From an uncultured Opitutales bacterium (GTDB lineage: Bacteria; Verrucomicrobiota; Verrucomicrobiia; Opitutales; UBA9783), in NCBI GenBank assembly GCA_934691225.1, contig CAKUSQ010000001.1, positions 630,001 to 662,000 on the forward strand: a stretch of DNA of 32,000 bases, read 5' to 3'. The notes beneath the pieces are model-generated. The model was not told the DNA's origin. It saw only the letters and a list, made by a program, of their open reading frames with translations, and did no database searches. Below, piece by piece: positions 7,525-15,629 of the stretch; the stretch's first letter is position 1, and the number at the start of each line of letters is the position of its first letter. Position numbers and translations under genes: made by a program.

Positions 7525-8016
7525 ATGACAGAAGAAAATAAAGAAAATGCAGTGTTTTCAAATGAAGCACCAAAGGAAAATATTCCTGAAGTTGAAAATG
7601 TGCAGGTAAAGTCAGAAAAAGAGCCAAATCATGAACGGAAAACGTCGAATTTGAAAGGCCGTTGCAAAAGAAGTAATTCAGCAGTAGGAATGGCAACAAT
7701 TAAAGAAGATAATTCGAAACTACCAAAAGAAATAAAGACAATAAAACTTGATTCTGTTGAACGTATAGAGCGTCAAGAAAAAAGCAATGTAAGGAAAGAT
7801 GAAAATTCTAAGCGGTGCGAAGCAGAAAAAAGTTGTAAGTGTGAAAAATCGTGCTGTTGTTGCTCCTTTTTGGGAAAAATAAAAAACTTTATTTTGCGTT
7901 TGTTTGGCTTCAAAACCAAAAAAAATAACTATGGTCGCAAAAATTATCGAGGACATCGATACAATCATCAAAAAAGACGCAATAATTATCGTTCATCGCG
8001 TAATCAATCTCGTTGA
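7525..8016 (+). CDS. hypothetical protein: Lys/Glu-rich N-terminal part, Cys cluster with CCCC, amphipathic helix, very basic R/N/Y-rich tail
   Basis: 163-aa ORF filling the prfA-murA gap. Seven of its 8 Cys lie in aa 98-113 (KRCEAEKSCKCEKSCCCC). These are followed by FLGKIKNFILRLFGF and a 34-aa tail with no acidic residue. I recognise no family. Confidence 0.6.
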   Translation: MTEENKENAVFSNEAPKENIPEVENVQVKSEKEPNHERKTSNLKGRCKRSNSAVGMATIKEDNSKLPKEIKTIKLDSVERIERQEKSNVRKDENSKRCEAEKSCKCEKSCCCCSFLGKIKNFILRLFGFKTKKNNYGRKNYRGHRYNHQKRRNNYRSSRNQSR

Positions 8017-8029
8017 TTTTGATAAATAA

Positions 8030-9304
8030 ATGGATAAAGCTTACATCTGTGGAGGTGCCTGTTTAAAAGGGCATGTACATATAAGTGGGGCTAAAAATGC
8101 TTGTATGGCCATGTTGGCAGCAAGTTTGCTTACGGATGAAGTTTGTACTTTGCGAAATGTTCCAAATCTACGAGATGTTAGTTTTTTTATCCAACTTTTA
8201 GAAACATTGGGTGTTGTCGTTGAAAATCCAGCACCTAATGTTTGGAAATTACAAGCTAAAAATATTACCTACGAAGCTCCTTACGATTTGGTTCGTAAAA
8301 TGCGAGCTTCTGTATGCATTATGGGTCCTTTGGTAGGGCGTTTACATAAAGCTGTTTTGCCGTTGCCAGGAGGATGTGTTATTGGAAATCGTCCTATAGA
8401 TTTACATTTACATGGGTTGAGCAAATTAGGTTGTCAAATTTCCATGAAATCTGGTATGGTGCATGTTGATGCAAAACATTTGCAAGGAGGTCCTGTTTTC
8501 CTAGGAGGACGTTTCGGAAGTACTGTAACAGGAACTGCCAATTTGGTGATGGCAGCTGTTTTGGCACCAGGAACAACGGTTATTGACAGTGCTGCTTGTG
8601 AACCTGAAATCGTTGATTTATGTCGCTTGTTGCAGCAAATGGGGGCTTGTATAGAAGGGGTTGGAAGTCCTCGGATAACCATTGTGGGGTGTAAACGATT
8701 GCGAGGATTCGATTACACGGTAATTGGTGATCGTATAGAAGCTGGAACTTTTTTGATTGCAAGTTTGATTACACAGGGCCATGTGAAGTTGGAAGGCTTT
8801 AATCCACATCATTTAGGGGCGTTATTGCATGTTTTAGAAAGCATAAATGCCAATTTAAGTGTTGATTATGAAAATAGTTGTATCGAAGTTTTTCCATGTT
8901 TGGACCAGTTAAAACCATTTGAATTAGCTACATTGCCACATCCAGGATTTCCAACCGATTTGCAAGCACAAATGTGTGTGTTAGGACTTTGTATTCCAGG
9001 ATTGAGTTTAATCACAGAACGTATTTACCCGCAACGGTTTATGCATGTGGCAGAATTGCAACGTTTAGGGGCAAATGCTATATTAGAAGGATCCACAGCT
9101 ATTTTACAGGGAGGAGCGAAATTATCGGGCGCTGAGGTTATGGCTTCTGACTTGCGAGCAAGTGCAGCCCTTTATTTAGCAGGATTAATAGCGCAAGGAG
9201 AAACTGTGGTGCATCGGATTTACCATTTGGATCGAGGATATGAGAATTTTGATGAGAAATTGCGACAATTAGGAGCACAAGTTGAACGTATATCAAGTTT
9301 GTAA
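8030..9304 (+). CDS. murA: UDP-N-acetylglucosamine 1-carboxyvinyltransferase
   Basis: 424 aa. ISGAKNA near the N-terminus, active-site loop LPLPGGCVIGNRPIDLHL, and C-terminal HRIYHLDRGYENFDEKLRQLGA. Confidence 0.96.
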   Translation: MDKAYICGGACLKGHVHISGAKNACMAMLAASLLTDEVCTLRNVPNLRDVSFFIQLLETLGVVVENPAPNVWKLQAKNITYEAPYDLVRKMRASVCIMGPLVGRLHKAVLPLPGGCVIGNRPIDLHLHGLSKLGCQISMKSGMVHVDAKHLQGGPVFLGGRFGSTVTGTANLVMAAVLAPGTTVIDSAACEPEIVDLCRLLQQMGACIEGVGSPRITIVGCKRLRGFDYTVIGDRIEAGTFLIASLITQGHVKLEGFNPHHLGALLHVLESINANLSVDYENSCIEVFPCLDQLKPFELATLPHPGFPTDLQAQMCVLGLCIPGLSLITERIYPQRFMHVAELQRLGANAILEGSTAILQGGAKLSGAEVMASDLRASAALYLAGLIAQGETVVHRIYHLDRGYENFDEKLRQLGAQVERISSL

Positions 9305-9366
9305 ATTAAAAAAAGGGTAAAACTATGGTAAATTGAGTCGATATATGTTATAACAAAAGGAAATGT

Positions 9367-9717
9367 ATGATCGATTCTGTAAATTTTAATGCTATAGGTT
9401 CTGTAAACTATCGTGAAAAAGAAGATGTAAAAGAAGCTCAAAAATTGACCCAACAAACGACAAAAGATGCAAGAGATTCTTTAAATAATCCAACAGAAAA
9501 TGTTTCAAAAACAGCTCAGACATCAACAGATATTGTTGTTTCAAGTGGTAAGAATTTGAATCAGATTGTTTTAGAAAAAACAAATCCACCTAAAGAATTA
9601 GATAAAAACTCAGCGGTAAATCGTGATTTAGGTAGCATTAGTACGACAAGTTCAATAGGTACACAGGCTAATGAGAACAGTTTGCCTTCTGAAATTGATG
9701 CAAAATCAGAATTATAA
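9367..9717 (+). CDS. hypothetical small polar, predicted-disordered protein (T3S-substrate-like composition)
   Basis: 116 aa, S/T/N/Q/K-rich with no hydrophobic core. A good SD (AAGGAAAtgtATG) supports translation. Confidence 0.55.
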   Translation: MIDSVNFNAIGSVNYREKEDVKEAQKLTQQTTKDARDSLNNPTENVSKTAQTSTDIVVSSGKNLNQIVLEKTNPPKELDKNSAVNRDLGSISTTSSIGTQANENSLPSEIDAKSEL

Positions 9718-9786
9718 ATAAAATTAAATATTGCCTCAGTGTAAAATAATTACATAAAAAGATTGTCGTCATTTTAGGAAAACTAT

Positions 9787-11097
9787 ATGACGGCTAGTAT
9801 GAAGAAATTTTATCTACGATGGGGAGTTGTTGGAGCGCTTGTAACCAGTGTAGTGGTTGCATGTGTTTTGAGAGGGCTTGGATGGATGGATTTAAGCGCT
9901 ACGAAAGCTCTCGTTCAAGCCTGTGAATTAGTTGGTAAAATTTTCATGAATGGTTTAAAGATGTTGGTGGTTCCACTGATTACATCTTCTATCATTTGCG
10001 GTATGATGCGTTTTGGATCTAAGTCAGAGTTTCGTCGGTTAGGTCTAAAAACATTTTTATTTTATTTTTTAAGCTGTTGTGTAGCGGTTACTGTTGGATT
10101 AGTTTTTGTAAATATTTTGGAACCTGGGCATACAAATCCAGAACTAGCTGCTAAAATTTTAGGGCAAGCTAATGTTTTGCCTGAGCATTTTGTAAGTTTT
10201 GAAAATGTTGAGAATTCGAAAGTTTCGGAATTCTTTTTAAGATTATTGCCACCTAATATACTTGCGGCTGCAACAGATAATGCACAAATTTTAGGGTTAA
10301 TTACATTTAGTTTGTTGTTTGGTTTTTTTGTTAGTCGATTACCAAATCATTTGCGGGAAGTTCAATTTAATTTGTGGGAAGGTATTCAGCAAATAACGAG
10401 AAATATTACACATATCGTTATCTCTTTTTCTCCTATTGGTGTGTTCGGATTGGTAACGCCTATACTGCTTAATGCGGGTTTGGAATTGATTAGGCCTTTA
10501 TCTTTTTTTGTAATAACCATTCTTTTAGGTTTTTGTTTTTACCATTTTGTTTTTTTATACCTGCTGCTTCGTTACGGTGCAAAAATTCAACCTTTAGCGC
10601 ACTACAAAGCGATGTTCCCAGTTGTATTAATGGCGTTTTCAACTGCATCTTCAGCGGCCTCTTTACCATTAGCTTTAGAAAAAATTGAAAATACAAGCAA
10701 AGTTTCTTCGAAAACAGCAAGGTTTACATTACCTTTAGGGATAACCATTAATATGTGTGGGACTGCTTTGTATGAGTGTGTAGTTGTTATCTTTATTGCA
10801 CAATTGTACCAAGTTACACAAGGGATTCAATTTGGTCTTTTGGATCAAGTGACCGTTGTATTAATGGCTCTTTTAACATCGGTTGGCGTAGCTGGGATTC
10901 CTGCATCAGGTTTAATTGCTATCACCATGATTTTGAGTTCTGTTGGATTGCCTATAGAATCGGTGGGAGTTATTTGGGTGGTTGAACGTATTCTCGATAT
11001 GTTTAGAACAGCCGTTAATGTGTTTAATGATACTTGTGGAACCATTCTTATTGCACGTAGTGAAGGCGAAACAACAGCTTACCCAAGTTTCAAATGA
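9787..11097 (+). CDS. dicarboxylate/amino acid:cation (Na+/H+) symporter, DAACS family (GltP/GltT-like)
   Basis: 436 aa, polytopic. Family motifs AFSTASSAASLPL, GIPASGLIAITMIL, RILDMFRTAVNVFNDTCG. SD AGGAAA lies upstream of the ATG. Confidence 0.9.
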   Translation: MTASMKKFYLRWGVVGALVTSVVVACVLRGLGWMDLSATKALVQACELVGKIFMNGLKMLVVPLITSSIICGMMRFGSKSEFRRLGLKTFLFYFLSCCVAVTVGLVFVNILEPGHTNPELAAKILGQANVLPEHFVSFENVENSKVSEFFLRLLPPNILAAATDNAQILGLITFSLLFGFFVSRLPNHLREVQFNLWEGIQQITRNITHIVISFSPIGVFGLVTPILLNAGLELIRPLSFFVITILLGFCFYHFVFLYLLLRYGAKIQPLAHYKAMFPVVLMAFSTASSAASLPLALEKIENTSKVSSKTARFTLPLGITINMCGTALYECVVVIFIAQLYQVTQGIQFGLLDQVTVVLMALLTSVGVAGIPASGLIAITMILSSVGLPIESVGVIWVVERILDMFRTAVNVFNDTCGTILIARSEGETTAYPSFK

Positions 11098-11974
11098 AGT
11101 TCTTCTTCAGATTGAAGCATTTTTAGGGTATTTGAATATTGAGAAAGGTTTGTCGGCAAATACGCAAGCTTCCTATCGATATGATATTTTGCAATTTGTT
11201 TCATGGACAAATCTTTCTGTTTGGGAGGCAGTTTCTGAAGTTGATATAAAACATTGGGAGGAAAAACTTTTAGAAGAAAAGCCATCATCGCGCGCTCGAA
11301 AATTAACAAGTTTGCGTGTTTTTTTTGATTATTTAGTGAGGCATAAAGTTTTACCTAAAAATTTGCTGGATCGTGCTGTTCATCCAAAGATTCATAGAGA
11401 GTTACCACGTACTTTATCGATAGAAGATATTGTAGAGCTTCAACACAGTACGGTTTTATCGACACCACAGGGAATGCGCGATAGAGCTATGATTTCTTTG
11501 ATGTATGGTTGTGGCCTTCGAATTTCAGAAGTTTGTGGTTTGTTGTTTCAAAATGTTTTCCTTAACGAAAATTTTTTGAAGATTTATGGAAAGGGTAGCA
11601 AGGAGCGTTTAGTACCATTGGGGTCTATTGCTAAAGAACACTTACAATATTATTGGGTGCATGGACGACCAAAACTGTTAAAGAATAACAGTGGAAATTT
11701 TGTTTTTTTAAGTCAGCGTGGAGGTCCCATTTCACGCAAAACATTGTGGGTAAATTTAAAAAAGTACGCTAAAAATTTAGGTTTTGATTTTAATTTAAAG
11801 CCTCATTTATTGAGACATTCTTTTGCTACACATTTGTTATGCAATGGAGCTGATTTGCGAAGTATACAAGAAATGTTAGGGCACAGTGATATTTCTACCA
11901 CGCAAATTTATACTCACCTTGATGTGACTCGATTGACACAAATTTATGATAAATATCATTTGCGATCGAGGTAA
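11060..11974 (+). CDS. xerD: tyrosine site-specific recombinase, XerD-like
   Basis: IEAFLGYLNIEKGLSANTQASYRYDI (N-terminal SAM-like domain). Catalytic R (GLRISE), HLLRHSFATHLL and LGHSDISTTQIYTH (nucleophile Tyr). The ORF track starts at ATG 10982, deep inside the transporter gene. The homology-consistent start is more likely GTG 11060 (or ATG 11027), so the start is uncertain. Confidence 0.88.
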   Translation: MKAKQQLTQVSNEVLLQIEAFLGYLNIEKGLSANTQASYRYDILQFVSWTNLSVWEAVSEVDIKHWEEKLLEEKPSSRARKLTSLRVFFDYLVRHKVLPKNLLDRAVHPKIHRELPRTLSIEDIVELQHSTVLSTPQGMRDRAMISLMYGCGLRISEVCGLLFQNVFLNENFLKIYGKGSKERLVPLGSIAKEHLQYYWVHGRPKLLKNNSGNFVFLSQRGGPISRKTLWVNLKKYAKNLGFDFNLKPHLLRHSFATHLLCNGADLRSIQEMLGHSDISTTQIYTHLDVTRLTQIYDKYHLRSR

Positions 11975-11986
11975 AAAATAGGTAAT

Positions 11987-13063
11987 TTAAATTATTTCCA
12001 AGATACTATCCGCTAGAACTTCTGTTGCATTTTCCTCATTTATGAAATGCAAATTATCTTGCATGGTTTTTAATGGTTCTTTGTTAAATAGTACATATAG
12101 CACTTCTTCTAGTAACGTATGCATTTCATTTTGTTCGATGACAATGTTACCACAAATTTGTTGAAATAAGAGTGCATTTGCTAGTTGATGATTATCAGCT
12201 GCGTGAGGATAAGGTATAAGGATAGAAGGAGTTTCACATTTTGTTAATTCAGCAATGGTACCAGCGCCCGCTCGACTAATGACCAAATCAGCTGCTGAAT
12301 AAATGACATTCATATTGTAAGCAAATGGGATGAATTGGACTTGAATGGTGTTTTTTTCATTTTTTAAAGTTATGGTATTGTTCTTTTGCCCTACACCAGT
12401 TAAACAGATAACATTGATATTACGATGGGTAAAAGTTTCAAGATTATCCAGTGCCCATTTGTTGAAAATTTTGGCACCTTGACTCCCACCTGTGATTACA
12501 AGAAGCTTAGATTTAATAGGAATTCCTAATTGTTCACGCGCTTTATTTTTATCAATTTTTTGTATTTCTTTACGCAGTGGAAATCCGCAAGTTTTGATTT
12601 TTTTAGTAAAAAGATGATCGCAAGAAGCACCTATAGGGATATACACGCACTTAGCAAATACGCTTAAGAGGCGTATAGCTTTCCCAGTTTTTTGATTAGC
12701 TTCGTGTAAAAAACAGGCTTTTTTAAGTATAGCTGCGGCAAGTATAATCCCAACATTTGTAAATCCTCCAAACCCAACGACGCCATCTGCGCGAGAAGTG
12801 AATAAAAGCTTAAGTGATTTTATGAAACTTTTAAATTGTAGAAACAAAAACAGTGGTATTTTAAAAATTTGTCGTGGGAACCCCATGCCTGGAAACTTTA
12901 TATAGTTAATTTTAGGATAGGCTTTACAAAGTTGTTCATCAACTTTTTTTTGAGAAACAAGCAAAAAACATCGGTGTCCGCGCTCTATAAGCTCTTCAGC
13001 TAAGGCAATTCCTGGTGATAAATGCCCTCCGGTTCCGCCACAAGCTATGATAAATGTTTTCAT
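11987..13063 (-). CDS. murG: undecaprenyldiphospho-muramoylpentapeptide beta-N-acetylglucosaminyltransferase
   Basis: GGTGGHLSPGIALAEEL, VITGGSQGA and ISRAGAGTIAE motifs. Its ATG overlaps the ftsW stop (ATGA). Confidence 0.95.
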   Translation of the reverse strand: MKTFIIACGGTGGHLSPGIALAEELIERGHRCFLLVSQKKVDEQLCKAYPKINYIKFPGMGFPRQIFKIPLFLFLQFKSFIKSLKLLFTSRADGVVGFGGFTNVGIILAAAILKKACFLHEANQKTGKAIRLLSVFAKCVYIPIGASCDHLFTKKIKTCGFPLRKEIQKIDKNKAREQLGIPIKSKLLVITGGSQGAKIFNKWALDNLETFTHRNINVICLTGVGQKNNTITLKNEKNTIQVQFIPFAYNMNVIYSAADLVISRAGAGTIAELTKCETPSILIPYPHAADNHQLANALLFQQICGNIVIEQNEMHTLLEEVLYVLFNKEPLKTMQDNLHFINEENATEVLADSILEII

Positions 13064-14172
13064 GGGGTGTAAAGTGAATGTAAAGGTGAATAAGTGGAGC
13101 GTGTTAGGTTTATAAGTAAGCCTATGAAGCAGAAGTTTGTAACAAGGTTAGAGCCACCATAACTTAAAAAGGGTAAAGCCAATCCTTTAGTAGGTAACAA
13201 TCCTGTAATAATTCCGAGGTTTAAAAATACCTGTGATGTTAAAAAAGTGGTAGTTCCAAGTCCTATGAAAAATAGGAATGGTTGTCCCTGTTTTTGAATG
13301 ATTCTGATACCTAAGCAGGTAATTAAACTGAAGCAACCAAGTAAAATTAACATATGGACAATTCCTAGTTCTTCAGCTAAAATGGATCCGATAAAATCGG
13401 TATGAGCTTCAGGTAAAAAAAAGAATTGTTGGCGCCCTTGTCCTAATCCGCATCCCCACCAGCCGCCAGATGAAAAGGCAAGTAGGCTTTGCCATAATTG
13501 ATAAGCTCCTGCTAAACGATTATTTTCCAAATCTAAAAACGCGATAATTCGATGAAGGCGTACAGGATTTAAATAGATAGCGACACAAAATAAGCTGAAA
13601 GCTAAAATGAGTGTGGGGGCTATGAATTTTATTTTTACCCCTCTTACAAAAAGTAAAATGGCCGTAACGGTTCCGAACAGAGCTGTTGTGCCAAAGTCAG
13701 GTTCTAAGATAAGCAATACACAAAAGCATCCCGCCAAGCAAAAAGGTTTTAGAAATCCTCGAAAGAAATCGTTTAATTCATGCATGTGATTGCTTAAATA
13801 ATCTGAAAAAAATAAAATAAATCCGACTTTTGCTGGTTCGGAAGGTTGTATACGTAATCCTCCGAATTCAATCCAGCGATGAGCCCCTTTGATGCATCGG
13901 CTAATGCCAGGAATAAGTACAAGTATTAAAACTGCAATCGTGACTAATCCTATCCATCGGCAATAAGGTTGAAGTTTTTTTAAATTTATAAATGAAAAAA
14001 CAATACATGCAGTAACGGCTATTATCAACCACATGCATTGCTTTACAAATAAAGAACTTCGATAGGGTATAGGCAAAACTGCGCTACCTAGAATAATAAA
14101 TCCGTATGAAGTTAAGATAGCGCTAAGAGCAATTAATAAAAGACGTTCAATTTTTAAATCTTGAGACATCAC
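13060..14172 (-). CDS. ftsW: SEDS-family peptidoglycan glycosyltransferase / lipid II flippase FtsW (FtsW/RodA family)
   Basis: 370 aa with about 10 TM segments. Motifs RIQPSEPAK, LEPDFGT, LPEAHTDFI, GLALPFLSYGGS. Lies directly upstream of murG. The start is GTG 14172 or ATG 14169; both overlap the stop of the LysM gene. Confidence 0.9.
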   Translation of the reverse strand: MMSQDLKIERLLLIALSAILTSYGFIILGSAVLPIPYRSSLFVKQCMWLIIAVTACIVFSFINLKKLQPYCRWIGLVTIAVLILVLIPGISRCIKGAHRWIEFGGLRIQPSEPAKVGFILFFSDYLSNHMHELNDFFRGFLKPFCLAGCFCVLLILEPDFGTTALFGTVTAILLFVRGVKIKFIAPTLILAFSLFCVAIYLNPVRLHRIIAFLDLENNRLAGAYQLWQSLLAFSSGGWWGCGLGQGRQQFFFLPEAHTDFIGSILAEELGIVHMLILLGCFSLITCLGIRIIQKQGQPFLFFIGLGTTTFLTSQVFLNLGIITGLLPTKGLALPFLSYGGSNLVTNFCFIGLLINLTRSTYSPLHSLYTP

Positions 14173-15209
14173 TTTACATCTTCCAAAGGTACAAGTGGAA
14201 TGTCATTACTTTCTTCGAAAAGATCTTCAAAGTTGTCTTCTTCTACATTAGATTCAGATAAAACTTCATGCGTGTTTTCCAAAGGTTGTTCTTCTGAAGG
14301 AAGCAAGTCTGTTTCATTTGAATGGTCACCTATTTCGGTAGTTGGAGTTAAATCAAGAGGTTCTGACTGTAACGTTTCAGGTTCAGGTTGCGGTTGTGCT
14401 TTAACATAAATCACTTGACCAATGCGGAGATTTTTAGGATCTTTAATGTTATTAATTCTTATGAGTTCCTGTACAGACATATTGCAACGTTTAGCGATAT
14501 TCCACAATATATCACCGGCTTGAATTGTGTATTTTTCACCTTCAATAGGCAGTGAAGGTTTTACTTCGTTAGAGATTATATTACTTGAAGCAACCGTAAG
14601 TTTTTGACCAACATAAATAGTATCTTTGGTCAGATGATTTTGACTGCGTAAAGTTGAAACATGTGTATTAAATTTGGCAGCAATTGAAGATAGCGTATCC
14701 CCTTTTTGAACAGTGTAAATTTGTGTATCTTTAGTGACTTCAATCGTTTGATTTTTTCCGCAAGGAATTGACAGTATTTGCCCAATGAATAGGCGATTTT
14801 TATTTTTAATGCGATTTTCATTCACCAATTGATCGCTGGAAACCTTGAATTTATGGGCAATTGAGGATAAGGTATCTCCTTTCTGAACAGTGTACAGAAT
14901 AGATTCAGGTTCTTCTTTTTCTTTGATGTCTTCTTCGTAAGTAAAAGTATCTTCAATAGGGGTTATGTTTTTAGGGCGACGTGGTGTGGCACGCAACATT
15001 TGTGGTGGAGGCAGCGTGGATGGATGTTTTGAGGAAATTTTATTTTGTGTTTTAGCTTTTGGTGAATCGATGAGGGTCGAATTAGGTGTAAGTTCTACAG
15101 GTTTCGTTTTTGTTGCTAACCAAGTATTGCAACCCTGCAACAACAAGCAAGCGCTACCTAAAAAAATGCGTGTGAAAGGATGCTTCATTTGAAAAAAATG
15201 TGATTTCAT
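14169..15209 (-). CDS. LysM-repeat lipoprotein (three LysM modules, acidic C-terminal tail, no recognisable catalytic domain)
   Basis: Lipobox LLLQGC at aa 22-27. Three LysM modules: YTVQKGDTLSSIAHKF...GQILSIP, YTVQKGDTLSSIAAKF...GQKLTV, YTIQAGDILWNIAKRC...GQVIYV. The last ~75 aa are E/D/P-rich. Translationally coupled to ftsW. Confidence 0.88.
   Translation of the reverse strand: MKSHFFQMKHPFTRIFLGSACLLLQGCNTWLATKTKPVELTPNSTLIDSPKAKTQNKISSKHPSTLPPPQMLRATPRRPKNITPIEDTFTYEEDIKEKEEPESILYTVQKGDTLSSIAHKFKVSSDQLVNENRIKNKNRLFIGQILSIPCGKNQTIEVTKDTQIYTVQKGDTLSSIAAKFNTHVSTLRSQNHLTKDTIYVGQKLTVASSNIISNEVKPSLPIEGEKYTIQAGDILWNIAKRCNMSVQELIRINNIKDPKNLRIGQVIYVKAQPQPEPETLQSEPLDLTPTTEIGDHSNETDLLPSEEQPLENTHEVLSESNVEEDNFEDLFEESNDIPLVPLEDVK
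14403..14894 (-). repeat. three tandem LysM-coding modules (14763..14894, 14592..14717, 14403..14531)
   Basis: The first two copies share the identical peptide YTVQKGDTLSSIA and visibly similar DNA (…cctttctgaacagtgtacag… vs …cctttttgaacagtgtaaat…). Confidence 0.85.
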
Positions 15210-15315
15210 CTTATATATGTGGTCTATTTTATATTCATTTTTATGCTAACGGTTGGATTTGTAATGTAAACCTTTTTTTTATAAAATTGTTTTCGTAAAA
15301 AAAATGAAAAAAAAC

Positions 15316-15343
15316 TTGCACAAAAAATTAAGTTATTTACGCT
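15316..15343 (+). promoter_or_regulatory. possible promoter for rpmB (TTGCAC-N16-TACGCT)
   Basis: aaaaCTTGCACaaaaa at 15316-15321, the same heptamer CTTGCAC as upstream of tRNA-Ala. The -10 is weak. Confidence 0.2.
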
Positions 15344-15361
15344 AAAGTTAAAAGATTTTTT

Positions 15362-15595
15362 ATGTCACGCATTTGTTATATTACAGGAAAGAAACGAGTT
15401 GTTGGATCTCGTATCAGCCGAAAAGGTCAATCGAAAAAAAGCGGTGGTATTGGAACACACGTTACCAAGAAAGTTAGAAGAATTTTTAAACCTAATTTGC
15501 AACGTGTAAAGATTATGCTACCAAATGGCCAAGTTCGTCGCGTTTGGGTAGCTGTAAAAGCTATCAAAGCAGGATTGGTAGAAAAGATAATTTAG
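15362..15595 (+). CDS. rpmB: 50S ribosomal protein L28
   Basis: MSRICYITGKK...G and FKPNLQRV match the L28 signature. 77 aa. Confidence 0.9.
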   Translation: MSRICYITGKKRVVGSRISRKGQSKKSGGIGTHVTKKVRRIFKPNLQRVKIMLPNGQVRRVWVAVKAIKAGLVEKII

Positions 15596-15629
15596 CACAG
15601 GAGCCTTTAAGGGTTCCCAAAGTGTACGG

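Noticed and set aside
7720-7971. 83-aa minus-strand ORF
   Set aside because: It is antisense to the basic Cys-rich ORF and has Phe/Ile-rich composition, the mirror of a Lys/Glu-rich gene. The plus-strand frame is longer and fills the intergenic gap exactly.
8394-8812. Four overlapping minus-strand ORFs of 60-82 aa
   Set aside because: All are antisense within murA.
9220-9589. Minus-strand ORFs 9220..9456 and 9392..9589
   Set aside because: They are antisense to the murA 3' end and to the 116-aa gene, which has a good SD. Their composition is low-complexity.
9367-9717. Possible FlgM-like anti-sigma-28 factor
   Set aside because: Only the size and disorder fit. I cannot see the conserved C-terminal FlgM helix motif, so I kept it as hypothetical.
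10490-11045. ORFs 10490..10720 (-), 10776..10985 (+) and 10845..11045 (-)
   Set aside because: All are nested within the symporter gene in other frames or on the other strand.
11079-11309. 76-aa minus-strand ORF
   Set aside because: It is antisense to the xerD N-terminal domain.
14987-15003. TGGCAC-N5-ATTTG, reminiscent of a sigma-54 -24/-12 element
   Set aside because: The -12 part lacks the TTGC core. The site is inside the LysM gene on the antisense strand, with no downstream plus-strand gene.
13607-15192. ORFs 13607..13789 (+), 14161..14409 (+), 14630..14821 (-) and 14965..15192 (+)
   Set aside because: They are antisense or out of frame within ftsW and the LysM gene.
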